From positions 1 to 38,614 of the IMG/VR virus record IMGVR_UViG_3300037044_000207: a stretch of DNA of 38,614 bases; one strand, written 5' to 3'. Both the position numbers and the translations under genes were made by a program. This document shows positions 18,274 to 27,290 of the stretch, in pieces. Under the pieces are notes generated by a model, which saw nothing but the letters and a program-made list of their open reading frames with translations, searched no databases and was not told the DNA's origin. Numbering within the stretch: the first letter of the stretch is position 1; each line of letters opens with the position of its first letter. This DNA is from a virus (Duplodnaviria > Caudoviricetes).

Positions 18274-18609
18274 TTAGTTGATTGTTGCTTCAGCGAATTG
18301 CACAAACTTGCCATCCATGTAGAGGAATGATGCAAGCTTGGTTTTGTTGATAACCCCTGTCACTCCGGGACTGGTCACGAAAGTGGACCCAAAAGTCGCG
18401 TTGAACGCAGTGCCACCGCATGGGATTTGAATGTGCAGGTGCGCTCCGTTTTCGACGCCCACAGGAGTTACGTTGATGGTAGTCGCTGCCGTCAGGTTGG
18501 CAGAGAGCTTAAGTGTGGTGCTCTGATCGCTCACCTCCACATTGATTGTGGTAGCAGTAGTGACCGTTCGCACATCGGCTTTGCCGAATGGATATTTTAC
18601 GCCGTTCAT
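18274..18609 (-). CDS. Small beta-rich virion protein (possible capsid decoration protein)
   Basis: Immediately after the capsid gene; Thr-rich beta strands. Confidence 0.55.
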   Translation of the reverse strand: MNGVKYPFGKADVRTVTTATTINVEVSDQSTTLKLSANLTAATTINVTPVGVENGAHLHIQIPCGGTAFNATFGSTFVTSPGVTGVINKTKLASFLYMDGKFVQFAEATIN

Positions 18610-18666
18610 GACTGTGGTCGTGGTTTAAAGATTGATTGAAACTGAAATGAACCGGATCACTTCCGT

Positions 18667-19566
18667 TTATGGACGGGCTGTGATATAGCCAATGCCTTTA
18701 TTGTCGGCACGGCGGTTGCGGCCACCCAGGCGAAGCAAGAAGGAAACTACGTCGCCGTAGTACTCTGCTTTGCCGGGATTGTCAAAAATCTCGACATCGC
18801 CAAGCGCGCGTTCAACCGCTGATTCTTGCCAGAACAACGCGCACTCGTTGTCGTCGGTCGCGCTTGCGGCCTCCGGAAGTTTTACCGTGCCGCCAGTGGT
18901 TTCCACCAGCACACCCGAACGCTCATAAAGATCGAAACCATAGAGACGACCAACCTGGCCAGCCTTCAGGTCAATGACCTGTTGGAAAGCGTACTTCAGG
19001 TTGTTGTCGCTCATCAACTGATCCAGGAAGTTTGCTGGCAGCACCATCACGCGGCCTTCCTTGGCGACGTTCTGATTGTTGAGCAGCAACTGCGCCTTGC
19101 GCATGTCGGCTTCGGTGATGATCTTGCGGTTGCCGGTCGCACCTGGAGCAGTACCAGATGCAGCTGCGCCTGTGGTCAACACCTTGCTCCCAGCCGGAAT
19201 GTTCACAGCCCAGTTGTAAAGCATGTTGTCGCCAGACACCTCCATCATCTTGCCCGTATCCTCACGGATGATGGACGCTCGCTTGTCGTAAGACAGCTCC
19301 TTTTTGTCAATGTCTGTGATCAGGCGCGGGTCGGAAGTGTACTCGTCCAGGACGTACACGATGTCCGTGTCGGCGCGTTTCACGATTGGCGCGGGCAAGT
19401 TGACACGGTTACGCTCAACGTTGCTCGGCGCACCGGCCTGCGGGATGTGGACAATACGACCACCTACCACCATTTCGTCGGCATTGAATGCACGGGTAAG
19501 GAACGCGTTTGCTTTAAACAGCGACTCGATGATGTCGGGCCGCCAGATTTCTCTGTTAACTGCCAT
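18667..19566 (-). CDS. Major capsid protein
   Basis: REIW...VHIPQAG...ELSYDKR...GRLYGFDLYER...YYGDVVSF; follows the protease/scaffold gene. Confidence 0.88.
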   Translation of the reverse strand: MAVNREIWRPDIIESLFKANAFLTRAFNADEMVVGGRIVHIPQAGAPSNVERNRVNLPAPIVKRADTDIVYVLDEYTSDPRLITDIDKKELSYDKRASIIREDTGKMMEVSGDNMLYNWAVNIPAGSKVLTTGAAASGTAPGATGNRKIITEADMRKAQLLLNNQNVAKEGRVMVLPANFLDQLMSDNNLKYAFQQVIDLKAGQVGRLYGFDLYERSGVLVETTGGTVKLPEAASATDDNECALFWQESAVERALGDVEIFDNPGKAEYYGDVVSFLLRLGGRNRRADNKGIGYITARP

Positions 19567-19637
19567 TGTTGGTACAGTTTATAGTGTTTGTTGATGCGCC
19601 ACAGGTTTGGCCGGGGCGGGTTTTTGTTTATTTCGGC

Positions 19638-20639
19638 TTAATGCTCGGTTACCTTGTAGTCCTTGCCGAACTCGGCCTTGTACAGCTGCTTGAAGGTTTC
19701 CAGATCGTTTTCCTTCAGCGAAGCAAGCACCGTCGGGTTTTCTTTCGATAACTGGGAGAAGGTTTTGCCGTCGTAGGTGAATTTTCCGGCTGCGCCAGGT
19801 GCGGCCCCAGCTGGGAAATCCGACAGCTTGACCACCTTAGTCAATCCAGCCAAAACCTCTTTCGCGCTGTCAAAATCAGAATCGAACAGCTTTTCATAGG
19901 CTGGACGCTGTGCCTGCATCAAGCGGCCTTCAGTGACGGCTGCATCAAGCAGGTTTTTTACCTCGACTTTGCGCACTTCTGCCTGATCGGCCTTGAAAGC
20001 AGCAATTTGAGTTTCAAGGACCGGCACTTGGCCAGCCTTAGCCTTGAGGGTTTGGATTTCAGCCAAAACCTTGGCCTGATCAGCATTGTCGCTCAAACCA
20101 AGCGCCAAGGCAACGAATTTCAATTCTTCCATGATTGCAGGAGTGGATTTACCTTTTGATGTGAGTTGCACCAGCGCATTGGTGTCGTTGAGGTCTATCA
20201 GGGCATCGTTGTCGTCGTATAGCGATACCGCTCCATCATTAGATGCTATGGTAGCGATGCTCGCCTCACGAATCCTCGACTTTGCCAGTGTTGGGAGTGT
20301 TTGACCCTCAAGCATGAGGTTCTTCTGACTGCTCCAAGCAATAGGCTTGAGCCCGGCACTTGCTTCAAATACGAACTCCTTTTCCACTTTACGGGCTATC
20401 TCAGCCGCAAAAGGATCGTCCATATCAAATTCAGCATCTGCTACCAGGTTGCCATTTTCGATCCGAAGGTTTACCCATTTCCCAATAGGCAAAACGTCAT
20501 CCTTTTTACCTGAATCGCCTCGGACATGATTCCACAGCATGGTAAGCCGCATAGACTTTGGCAGTTCAATGCCTTCCGTCAAAACCCTGAACCCGTAAGA
20601 GTTCAGATTGCCATTGCTGAGTATAAATGTCTTTAACAT
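19638..20639 (-). CDS. Prohead protease fused to scaffold (Mu gpI-like)
   Basis: LNSYGFRVLTEG, MLWNH, PIGKW, EASAG, REASI...SN, then ALALGL coiled-coil scaffold. Confidence 0.85.
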   Translation of the reverse strand: MLKTFILSNGNLNSYGFRVLTEGIELPKSMRLTMLWNHVRGDSGKKDDVLPIGKWVNLRIENGNLVADAEFDMDDPFAAEIARKVEKEFVFEASAGLKPIAWSSQKNLMLEGQTLPTLAKSRIREASIATIASNDGAVSLYDDNDALIDLNDTNALVQLTSKGKSTPAIMEELKFVALALGLSDNADQAKVLAEIQTLKAKAGQVPVLETQIAAFKADQAEVRKVEVKNLLDAAVTEGRLMQAQRPAYEKLFDSDFDSAKEVLAGLTKVVKLSDFPAGAAPGAAGKFTYDGKTFSQLSKENPTVLASLKENDLETFKQLYKAEFGKDYKVTEH

Positions 20640-20663
20640 CGTTGCGCTGTGCATTTGTGGTCA

Positions 20664-20671
20664 CAAACATA
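20664..20671 (-). promoter_or_regulatory. Bacteroidota -7 promoter element, head/tail operon
   Basis: TATGTTTG on the minus strand matches TAnnTTTG, about 25 bp upstream of the protease ATG. Confidence 0.6.
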
Positions 20672-20788
20672 ATAGCACCGAAACCGTACAAAAAAACCGC
20701 TTTCCGGCAGGCAAGGGCAAAAAACTGGTCAGCCTCGCAACCCGCACGGCTGGTATTTCACAACTACGACCCGCGTAAATTGCTAGGC

Positions 20789-20796
20789 TACTTTTG
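20789..20796 (+). promoter_or_regulatory. Bacteroidota -7 promoter element, terminase operon
   Basis: TACTTTTG about 30 bp upstream of the first ATG. Confidence 0.6.
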
Positions 20797-20830
20797 CCAC
20801 ACTGTTCGCCGTTCGGCGAACTACATGCCT

Positions 20831-21262
20831 ATGAATATTGAGCAAAAAAGGGATTTCGCTAAACTGCTTTACGTGCGGGAGCGGCTTACTCAAAAGGAAG
20901 TAGCCAAGCGCGTGGATGCGGGGGAACACGCCGTTGGCCGCTGGGTGAAGGATGGCGGCTGGGACAAAATCCGCCGCTCGCTGCTCGTGACCAAACACGA
21001 GCAGATTGCCATGCTGTACGGTCAGCTCGAAGCCCAGAACACCGTCATCAACGAGCGCGAGGTAAAGGTGGCCAACAACAAGGAGGCTGACGTAATCTCC
21101 AAGCTCTGCGCGGCCATCCGCAGCCTTGAGACGGAAGTCAACATTGGCGACCGTATAGAAATAGGTATGGAGTTCGGTGAATACATCCGGCAGAATGCCC
21201 CGGAAAAAGTGGGCGACATGGTCGAACTATTTGATTCGTATATCAAAACAAAAATCAAATGA
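20831..21262 (+). CDS. Terminase small subunit-like HTH protein
   Basis: AKLLYV...TQKEVAKRVDAGEHAVGRWVKDGGW; upstream of terminase large subunit; start at 20825 or 20831. Confidence 0.8.
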   Translation: MNIEQKRDFAKLLYVRERLTQKEVAKRVDAGEHAVGRWVKDGGWDKIRRSLLVTKHEQIAMLYGQLEAQNTVINEREVKVANNKEADVISKLCAAIRSLETEVNIGDRIEIGMEFGEYIRQNAPEKVGDMVELFDSYIKTKIK

Positions 21263-22776
21263 GCAGCCAGCGCAGCGACAAACAATGGATGGAACGCTGG
21301 GATGCTTTTCGCAAGAACCTCCAGCGCGAAACTCCTGCACCGATCAATGAGACCGATGCCGAAAAAGCCACCCGTATCAAACGGCTCCTGGGCAACTTCG
21401 AGGAGTTTTGCAAATACTACTTCCCGCACTTCGCCTCAGCGCCATTCGCGCCGTTCCACCTGAAGTTTGCCAAAAAGGTGGCCAAGGCAACAAAGATCTA
21501 CATGGTGCGGGCCTGGGCGAGAGAACACGCAAAGAGCGTGGTGGCCGGGCTGTTCGTGCCATTGTTCGAGATGTTCAACGACCGCATGTACAACATGCTG
21601 CTGGTGTCACACTCCTACGACAACGCCTGCGAATTGCTCATGCCGATCATGATCAACCTGGAGAGTAACCAGCGGCTGCTCCACGACTTCGGAACACAAA
21701 AAAGCTGGCGCGGCTGGGAAGTGGGTAAGTTCGTCACTGCGGACGGTCGTTCTTTCCGTGCCTTGGGTGCCGGGCAGAGTCCACGCGGATCGCGTAACGA
21801 GGAGAAACGCCCGGACTTTATATTGATTGATGATATTGACACGGACGAAGAAGCTCGCAACCCGGTGCGGCTCAAAAAGAAATGGGACTGGATAGAACAG
21901 GCCCTTTTCCCGACGCTCAGCATCACCGGGCGCAAACGCTTCCTGTTCGTGGGTAACATCATTGCGAAAGACGGCATCATTGTCCGGGCCTCCAAGATGG
22001 CCGACGATTTCGAGCAGATCAACATCCTGGACAAGAACGGCAAGCCCTCCTGGAAGGAACGCTACTCCCTGGAGGATGTCAATTACATGCTCTCCAAAAT
22101 CTCCTACGCTTCCGGGCAAAAGGAGTATTTCAATAACCCGATCAAGGAGGGTACGGTGTTCACCGACATCAAGTGGGGAAAAGTGCCGCCTTATTCCAAG
22201 TTCAGGTATGTGGTGAACTATTGCGACTCGTCGTACAAGGATAGCCGCAAAAACGATTTCAAGGCCGTGATACAGATCGGCGAACTGAATGGCGACTACT
22301 ACATCATCAAGGCCAGGCTGGAGCAAACGACGCTCAACCAGATGCTGCTGTGGTTTTACGACCTGATGGGCTTTGTTGCCGAGCGAGCACAGGTGTACAA
22401 CTTCGTGGAGTGCAATGGTTTCCAGGACGCCTGGTATCAAGACGTATTTATGCCAGCACTCCGCAACATGGAGAAAACGCGCGGGACGCTGGCCATTTCC
22501 CCAGACGATCGGGACAAGCCGGACAAGTTCAGCCGCATCGAGGGCAACCTCGAGCCGCTTAATCGTCGCGGCTCGCTCATCTTCAACGAGGATGAGCGAA
22601 ACGATCCACACATGATGCGCCTGGAAGAACAATTCAAGGCAATCGAGCCAAACCTCCCAGGTCACGACGACGGCCCGGATGCCACCGAGGGCGGGGTTTG
22701 GATTATCAATACTAAACTGCGGCAGTTGGCCCCCGTTAAGGTTGGGCACGATCGCCGCACTTCAAAGAAGTACTAA
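21259..22776 (+). CDS. Terminase large subunit
   Basis: Variant Walker A RAWAREHAKS, GQSPRG, RPDFILIDDID Walker B, nuclease motif HDDGPDA. Confidence 0.93.
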   Translation: MSSQRSDKQWMERWDAFRKNLQRETPAPINETDAEKATRIKRLLGNFEEFCKYYFPHFASAPFAPFHLKFAKKVAKATKIYMVRAWAREHAKSVVAGLFVPLFEMFNDRMYNMLLVSHSYDNACELLMPIMINLESNQRLLHDFGTQKSWRGWEVGKFVTADGRSFRALGAGQSPRGSRNEEKRPDFILIDDIDTDEEARNPVRLKKKWDWIEQALFPTLSITGRKRFLFVGNIIAKDGIIVRASKMADDFEQINILDKNGKPSWKERYSLEDVNYMLSKISYASGQKEYFNNPIKEGTVFTDIKWGKVPPYSKFRYVVNYCDSSYKDSRKNDFKAVIQIGELNGDYYIIKARLEQTTLNQMLLWFYDLMGFVAERAQVYNFVECNGFQDAWYQDVFMPALRNMEKTRGTLAISPDDRDKPDKFSRIEGNLEPLNRRGSLIFNEDERNDPHMMRLEEQFKAIEPNLPGHDDGPDATEGGVWIINTKLRQLAPVKVGHDRRTSKKY

Positions 22777-23186
22777 TGGCTTTTTTAACGACCGCTGACC
22801 TGTACCAGTCCATCCTTCAGGACGAACTCGAAGAAATCACACGGAACGACAATGCCGTGGTATCTCAAGCTATGCTTGCAGCAGAGACCGAAATGCGGGG
22901 AGTGCTTTTCGACACCTTCGATGTGGACACAATTTTTGCCGCCTCCGGGTCAAACCGTAATGCGCTCCTGGTGCAGTACGGTTCCGATCTCACAATCTAC
23001 TACATCGTGGCAAGAGGCCAGGGCGGGCAAGACTTTGAAGACCGCAAGAGCCGCTACGACCGCGCGATCAAGTGGCTGAAGGCCGTGGCCAAGACCGAAC
23101 AGTACGCCGACCTCCCAAGGCGGGTCGAAACAAAGCAGATCCATATAATCACTGGCAGCAACCCAAAGCGGTCTAACTACTTCTAA
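22776..23186 (+). CDS. Head-tail adaptor (Mu gp36 / DUF1320-like)
   Basis: FLTTADL...FDVDTIF...RYDRAIKWLKAV. Confidence 0.8.
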   Translation: MAFLTTADLYQSILQDELEEITRNDNAVVSQAMLAAETEMRGVLFDTFDVDTIFAASGSNRNALLVQYGSDLTIYYIVARGQGGQDFEDRKSRYDRAIKWLKAVAKTEQYADLPRRVETKQIHIITGSNPKRSNYF

Positions 23187-23251
23187 AATTTTCCCCGTGG
23201 AGGCCTTTAAACGCCTTTAAATTAAACGCAACCACCAACCCGCGCACCAAC

Positions 23252-24520
23252 ATGGCTCTCAACATAAATAGTTTTATTTCTGCGGCAAAATCAAACATTC
23301 TGTTTTTGGCTGATAAGATGGTCGGCAAAAAACAAAACATCGTGGTCAACCATACCACGGTGCGCCCTGCTGCCCGGCAAAGCCAGGACATCCAGAAGTG
23401 GCGCAACGCCCTGATTCTTGCCGAACAGGAAAGCGAGCAACGCACGGTACTCTATGACCTGTACGCCGACATCCTCCTGGATGGGCGGTTGAAACAGCTG
23501 CTCTTCCAGCGGGTGGCCCGGATCACAAACACGCCGCTGACATTCACGGTCAATGGAAAGCCTGTGGACGAACTCAACGCACTCGCCTCCAAGCGGTGTT
23601 TCAGGAAGTTTATTCAAGAGACCCTGATGTCTCGGGCTTACGGGCATTCATTGCTTGAACTCTACTGGCCAGCGTTCGGGTCCGACGAGAAGGGCGTGAC
23701 TAACCTGGTGCCACGGAAGCACGTAAAGCCAAAGAAAGGGATAGTGACCAAAAACCAGTGGGACGTGACCGGCCTTCCCTACCGGGAAGCCCCCTACAAA
23801 CACTTTTGTATAGAAGTGGGTGAACCGGACGATCTGGGGCTTATCCTGGAAGCTTGTCCGCATGTGATCTACAAGCGCGGCGGCTTTGGCGACTGGGCCG
23901 AGTTCGCCGAGGTGTTCGGTATGCCCTTCCGTTGGGCTACCTATAATAATGAGCCCAGTAGGGCAATTCTGGAATCCGCACTCAAAGAAGCTGGCAGCGC
24001 GGGCTACGTTGTTGCGCCGGAAGACGCAAAGCTTCAGTTCTTCAACCCGACCGCTGGAAGCCAGAGCAACGACATTTTCCGATTCCTCATTGATGCCTGC
24101 AATCAGGAGTTGGCCATCACGATCCTGGGCAACACCATGAGCACCCAGGAGGCCAAGCATTCGGGCTACGCACAGAGTGAAACCCAAATGAAAACGCAGG
24201 ACGAGGTACATGCCGACGACCGCGCTTTTGTGCTCAGCATTCTGAACGAAGACTTGCAGGCTTACCTGGCTTCCCTTGGTTATCCGGTGGACGGCGGCTC
24301 CTGGGCATTCGAGGACGGCGACGGCCTGACGCTGACGGCACGGCTGGCCATTGACGAAAAGGTGGCAGGCTTCGTGCCCATTGGACAGGATTACTGGTAT
24401 GAGCGATATGGCATTCCAAAGCCCAAGCCTGGGGAAATACCTGCGGACGATAACGAAGATGAGGACGACCCGGCACCAGAAAAGAAATCCGCGAAATCCG
24501 CGTCCTCAAAAAAAGCCTGA
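23252..24520 (+). CDS. Portal protein (Mu gp29 / DUF935-like)
   Basis: LYDLY.DILLD, YGHSLLEL, WAEFAEVFGMPFR, CNQELAITILGNTM. Confidence 0.92.
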   Translation: MALNINSFISAAKSNILFLADKMVGKKQNIVVNHTTVRPAARQSQDIQKWRNALILAEQESEQRTVLYDLYADILLDGRLKQLLFQRVARITNTPLTFTVNGKPVDELNALASKRCFRKFIQETLMSRAYGHSLLELYWPAFGSDEKGVTNLVPRKHVKPKKGIVTKNQWDVTGLPYREAPYKHFCIEVGEPDDLGLILEACPHVIYKRGGFGDWAEFAEVFGMPFRWATYNNEPSRAILESALKEAGSAGYVVAPEDAKLQFFNPTAGSQSNDIFRFLIDACNQELAITILGNTMSTQEAKHSGYAQSETQMKTQDEVHADDRAFVLSILNEDLQAYLASLGYPVDGGSWAFEDGDGLTLTARLAIDEKVAGFVPIGQDYWYERYGIPKPKPGEIPADDNEDEDDPAPEKKSAKSASSKKA

Positions 24521-24564
24521 GCCGTAGTGCGCAGCGCGGGCTGGATTTAATCGCGCTCTACGGC
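24508..24564 (+). promoter_or_regulatory. Candidate -1 frameshift signal linking portal to MuF
   Basis: In-frame A AAA AAA (24508-24514), 6-nt spacer, hairpin GCCGTAG-T-GCGC...GCGC-T-CTACGGC (24521-24564); the -1 frame is open into MuF. Confidence 0.65.
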
Positions 24565-24612
24565 CATGACGAAGTACACCCGCCAACCTGCACCTGTGCG
24601 GGCTGCGCTGTT

Positions 24613-25761
24613 GTGCTGGCCGAAAGTGGGCTTGACATCCGGTGGCGAAAAATGCCCGCCGAGGTAGTAGCCGATTACCTCGAAGCCGTTTACACCCAGC
24701 GTATCACCACCACAGACCTGCACGAAGGGTTGTTTAGGGAATACTTCAGCCGATTTAAAAATCATGCTGAGGCAGGTTGGGGAAAGCGATTTAAGCATGC
24801 CGAAACCGCCGCCGAGTGGGAAATGATGCAGCGCATCGAGCGCAACCTTCGGGACTTCAGCGCGCACAAACAGGCCACCATAACCAGCGACCTGCGTAAG
24901 CTGCTCCAGAGCAAGGACGGCAAGCGCGAACGAGCCGACTGGGACAAAGAAGCCATGCGGATCATGAAACGCCACAATGGACTTTACCTGCGCGCCGAAC
25001 TGGACACGGCCACCCAGGCGGCACAGGCTGCCGAGAGTTGGCAGGAGTTCGAGCGGCGCAAGTACCTGTATCCGAACCTCCGTTATGAAACCGCAGGAGA
25101 CGAACGGGTAAGGGAAAGTCACCGTGCTTTAGACCAGGTGGTGCGGCCAGTAGATGACCCGTTTTGGAATTCGCATACCCCTCCCCTTGCGTGGAGATGT
25201 AGGTGTAAGCTCATTCAAACGGATGAGGCTGTCCAGGATTTGCCGGATTTGTCAGGCTTGAAAATCCCAAAGGGCTTCAATCAAAATCCTGGCAAGACGG
25301 GCAAGCTGTTTGGCGATGACCACCCGTACTTCAACCAGGCAGCGCTGGATGCGGAACGGATCAGGGACAACGCGGCAAGACTTCACGCAAAGGTGAGCAG
25401 GCAGGAGGTGCGGGAATGGGCCAAGGAAGATGATTTTTCAATACGGCTCCCGCAGCTTCAACAGCCAGTCGGGATGACGAACGGGGAGGTAAAAACCGTA
25501 ACCGGGAAGCCGCACCGGGAGGCTGCAAGCCGCAACCAGTTGCTTTATGTACTGGCACTGCTGGCCGATAAGCTGATTTACCTGGGCAGTGCTGCCGACA
25601 GCGGCGAACACCCACGGGTAAAGGCATGGCATTACTACGGCATCAAAATAGGTGGGGTAGATTACTTCGTGAATATCTGGAGGCTACTCCTGGACGACCA
25701 AACAGAAAGGCTTGGTATCCATGCTATCACTGATACCAAGCCTGATTTCGGAGGGCCTTAG
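24613..25761 (+). CDS. MuF / SPP1 gp7-like minor head protein with C-terminal extension
   Basis: YETAGDERVRESHRALD...DDPFW....PPLAWRCRC, FNQNPG, HPYF; about 110 extra C-terminal residues. True start uncertain. Confidence 0.9.
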   Translation: MLAESGLDIRWRKMPAEVVADYLEAVYTQRITTTDLHEGLFREYFSRFKNHAEAGWGKRFKHAETAAEWEMMQRIERNLRDFSAHKQATITSDLRKLLQSKDGKRERADWDKEAMRIMKRHNGLYLRAELDTATQAAQAAESWQEFERRKYLYPNLRYETAGDERVRESHRALDQVVRPVDDPFWNSHTPPLAWRCRCKLIQTDEAVQDLPDLSGLKIPKGFNQNPGKTGKLFGDDHPYFNQAALDAERIRDNAARLHAKVSRQEVREWAKEDDFSIRLPQLQQPVGMTNGEVKTVTGKPHREAASRNQLLYVLALLADKLIYLGSAADSGEHPRVKAWHYYGIKIGGVDYFVNIWRLLLDDQTERLGIHAITDTKPDFGGP

Positions 25762-25797
25762 CCCCCTCTCCGTTTGGGGGAGGGGTTGGGGGTGGGG
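25761..25797. repeat. REP-like G-rich hairpin
   Basis: CCCCCTCTCC-GTTT-GGGGGAGGGG followed by TTGGGGGTGGGG, a recognisable extragenic palindromic repeat type. Confidence 0.55.
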
Positions 25798-25800
25798 TAC

Positions 25801-25860
25801 AAAAAAAGCCCGATGTTACCTACTGGTTATGCAAACCAGTCACTGGCACCGGACTTCAAG
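25801..25860 (-). ncRNA. Candidate ~60-nt antisense small RNA
   Basis: TACTTTTG promoter at 25863-25870 (minus), 10-bp closing stem, inner ACTGGT-TTGCATA-ACCAGT stem-loop, T7 tail. Confidence 0.55.
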
Positions 25861-25876
25861 CACAAAAGTACAAACA

Positions 25877-26317
25877 ATGAGCGAAAAAGCAAGCGATTAT
25901 TTCCGTCGTCTCGCGGCATCATTGCCCGCGCTAGAGCAACAGATCGTCCGCGATGTGATTGCGGTGGAGGCCGAGCGCATCCATGCCGAGAACTTCCGGG
26001 CCGAGCAGTTCACGGACAACCCGCCAGACAAGTGGGCGGCACGGAAGAAAAGCGACAAGAACCCTAGCCGCCGTGCGCTCCTAGTGAAGACCGGGACGCT
26101 CAAGGGACATGCCCTGAAAGGGCGCACCAGGAAAGGAGCCGTCGAGTTCGTGTTTCCCCTGGAATACGAGAAAGTCCACAACGAGGGGCTAAAGTCTGGG
26201 CGCGGTGCGGGGTTCCAGATGCCCAAACGCCAGTTCGTTGGCGAAAGCAAAGTGCTTACCGAGCGGATCACTAAAAAGGCCAAAAAGCTCTTTGATGAGC
26301 ATTTAAAAAAGGTTTAG
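25877..26317 (+). CDS. Virion morphogenesis / tail completion protein (Mu gpG-like)
   Basis: ENF...KWAARK...LLVKTGTL...YEKVHNEG...MPKRQFVGES. Confidence 0.85.
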   Translation: MSEKASDYFRRLAASLPALEQQIVRDVIAVEAERIHAENFRAEQFTDNPPDKWAARKKSDKNPSRRALLVKTGTLKGHALKGRTRKGAVEFVFPLEYEKVHNEGLKSGRGAGFQMPKRQFVGESKVLTERITKKAKKLFDEHLKKV

Positions 26318-26827
26318 ATGAAAGAAGTATTCACCGCCATCAGCAACAAGATAAACCTGTCGGTCCAGGCCATACGCTGGGTGGATTTTGACATGGGCCA
26401 ACTCAACGAAGCTCCGCCGCCCGTGTCGTGGCCATGCGCCCTGATTGACTACTCGGCCAACACCGTGGAGCAGGGCAGCGACCTGAGCGTACAAGAAACC
26501 CTGAGCGTGGAAATCACCCTGGGCTTCAAACTGCGGGAGCGGACGCACTCGAAGGCCAACCCGGTTTTTCGCGAGGAGGCCCTGGAACACCTCGATGTGG
26601 TGGAGTCCGTACGCGTGGCCCTGGAAGGACTGGCCGGAACATCTTTTACCGCCCTGACCTACACGGGCTTCACCCGCGACCGGAGATCGGACTACCGGGT
26701 GTACCGACTCTCGTTCGCGGTGCTGCATTACCCGGAGGCTCCGGATAGTCCCTATGTACCCTGGGATCAGGTGCCTGGAGCGGTGGGCGCATCGCCTGAC
26801 TTTTGCATACATCCGCAGATTACTTAA
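26318..26827 (+). CDS. Tail terminator-like protein (Mu gp37-like)
   Basis: IRWVDFDMGQL....PPVSWPCALID; synteny. Confidence 0.65.
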   Translation: MKEVFTAISNKINLSVQAIRWVDFDMGQLNEAPPPVSWPCALIDYSANTVEQGSDLSVQETLSVEITLGFKLRERTHSKANPVFREEALEHLDVVESVRVALEGLAGTSFTALTYTGFTRDRRSDYRVYRLSFAVLHYPEAPDSPYVPWDQVPGAVGASPDFCIHPQIT

Positions 26828-26845
26828 CCAAAACAAACAAACACT

Positions 26846-27283
26846 ATGTCTAAGTATTTCAAAATTCAGGAGTTTGTGCCCTCCACCATCTTTGCCCTAT
26901 TTGGCAAAAAATCATGGTGGTTCATCAACCCGACCATGGTGGCCATTGCGGATCAGTTGCGCGAGGACTGCGGTGTCCCCCTGATCTGCAACAACTGGCA
27001 CGTGGGTGGTACATACCAAAACCGTGGCTACCGTACGCCTCAGACCACCGTCGGTGCTCGCTACAGTCAGCACCGCCTGGGCAATGCGCTCGACCTTTCT
27101 TCCCCACAAATGACCCCGGCACAAATGCTTCAGGTGATTGAGCGAAACAAGGAGAAGTACGTGGCACTCGGCCTGACCACGATAGAAGACCTGCCGTACA
27201 CGCCCACCTGGTTGCACCTCGACTGCCGTCCACGCATTGAGGGCGTTCACCCAAAAGATGGGTTTCTTTTCGTTCAACCATGA
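26846..27283 (+). CDS. Endolysin, peptidase M15 family
   Basis: YFKIQEF, RGYR, SQHRLGNALD, WLHLD zinc-peptidase motifs. Confidence 0.85.
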   Translation: MSKYFKIQEFVPSTIFALFGKKSWWFINPTMVAIADQLREDCGVPLICNNWHVGGTYQNRGYRTPQTTVGARYSQHRLGNALDLSSPQMTPAQMLQVIERNKEKYVALGLTTIEDLPYTPTWLHLDCRPRIEGVHPKDGFLFVQP

Positions 27284-27290
27284 CCCTGCC

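Noticed and set aside
21607-22749. 380-aa minus-strand ORF
   Set aside because: Antisense shadow of the terminase gene.
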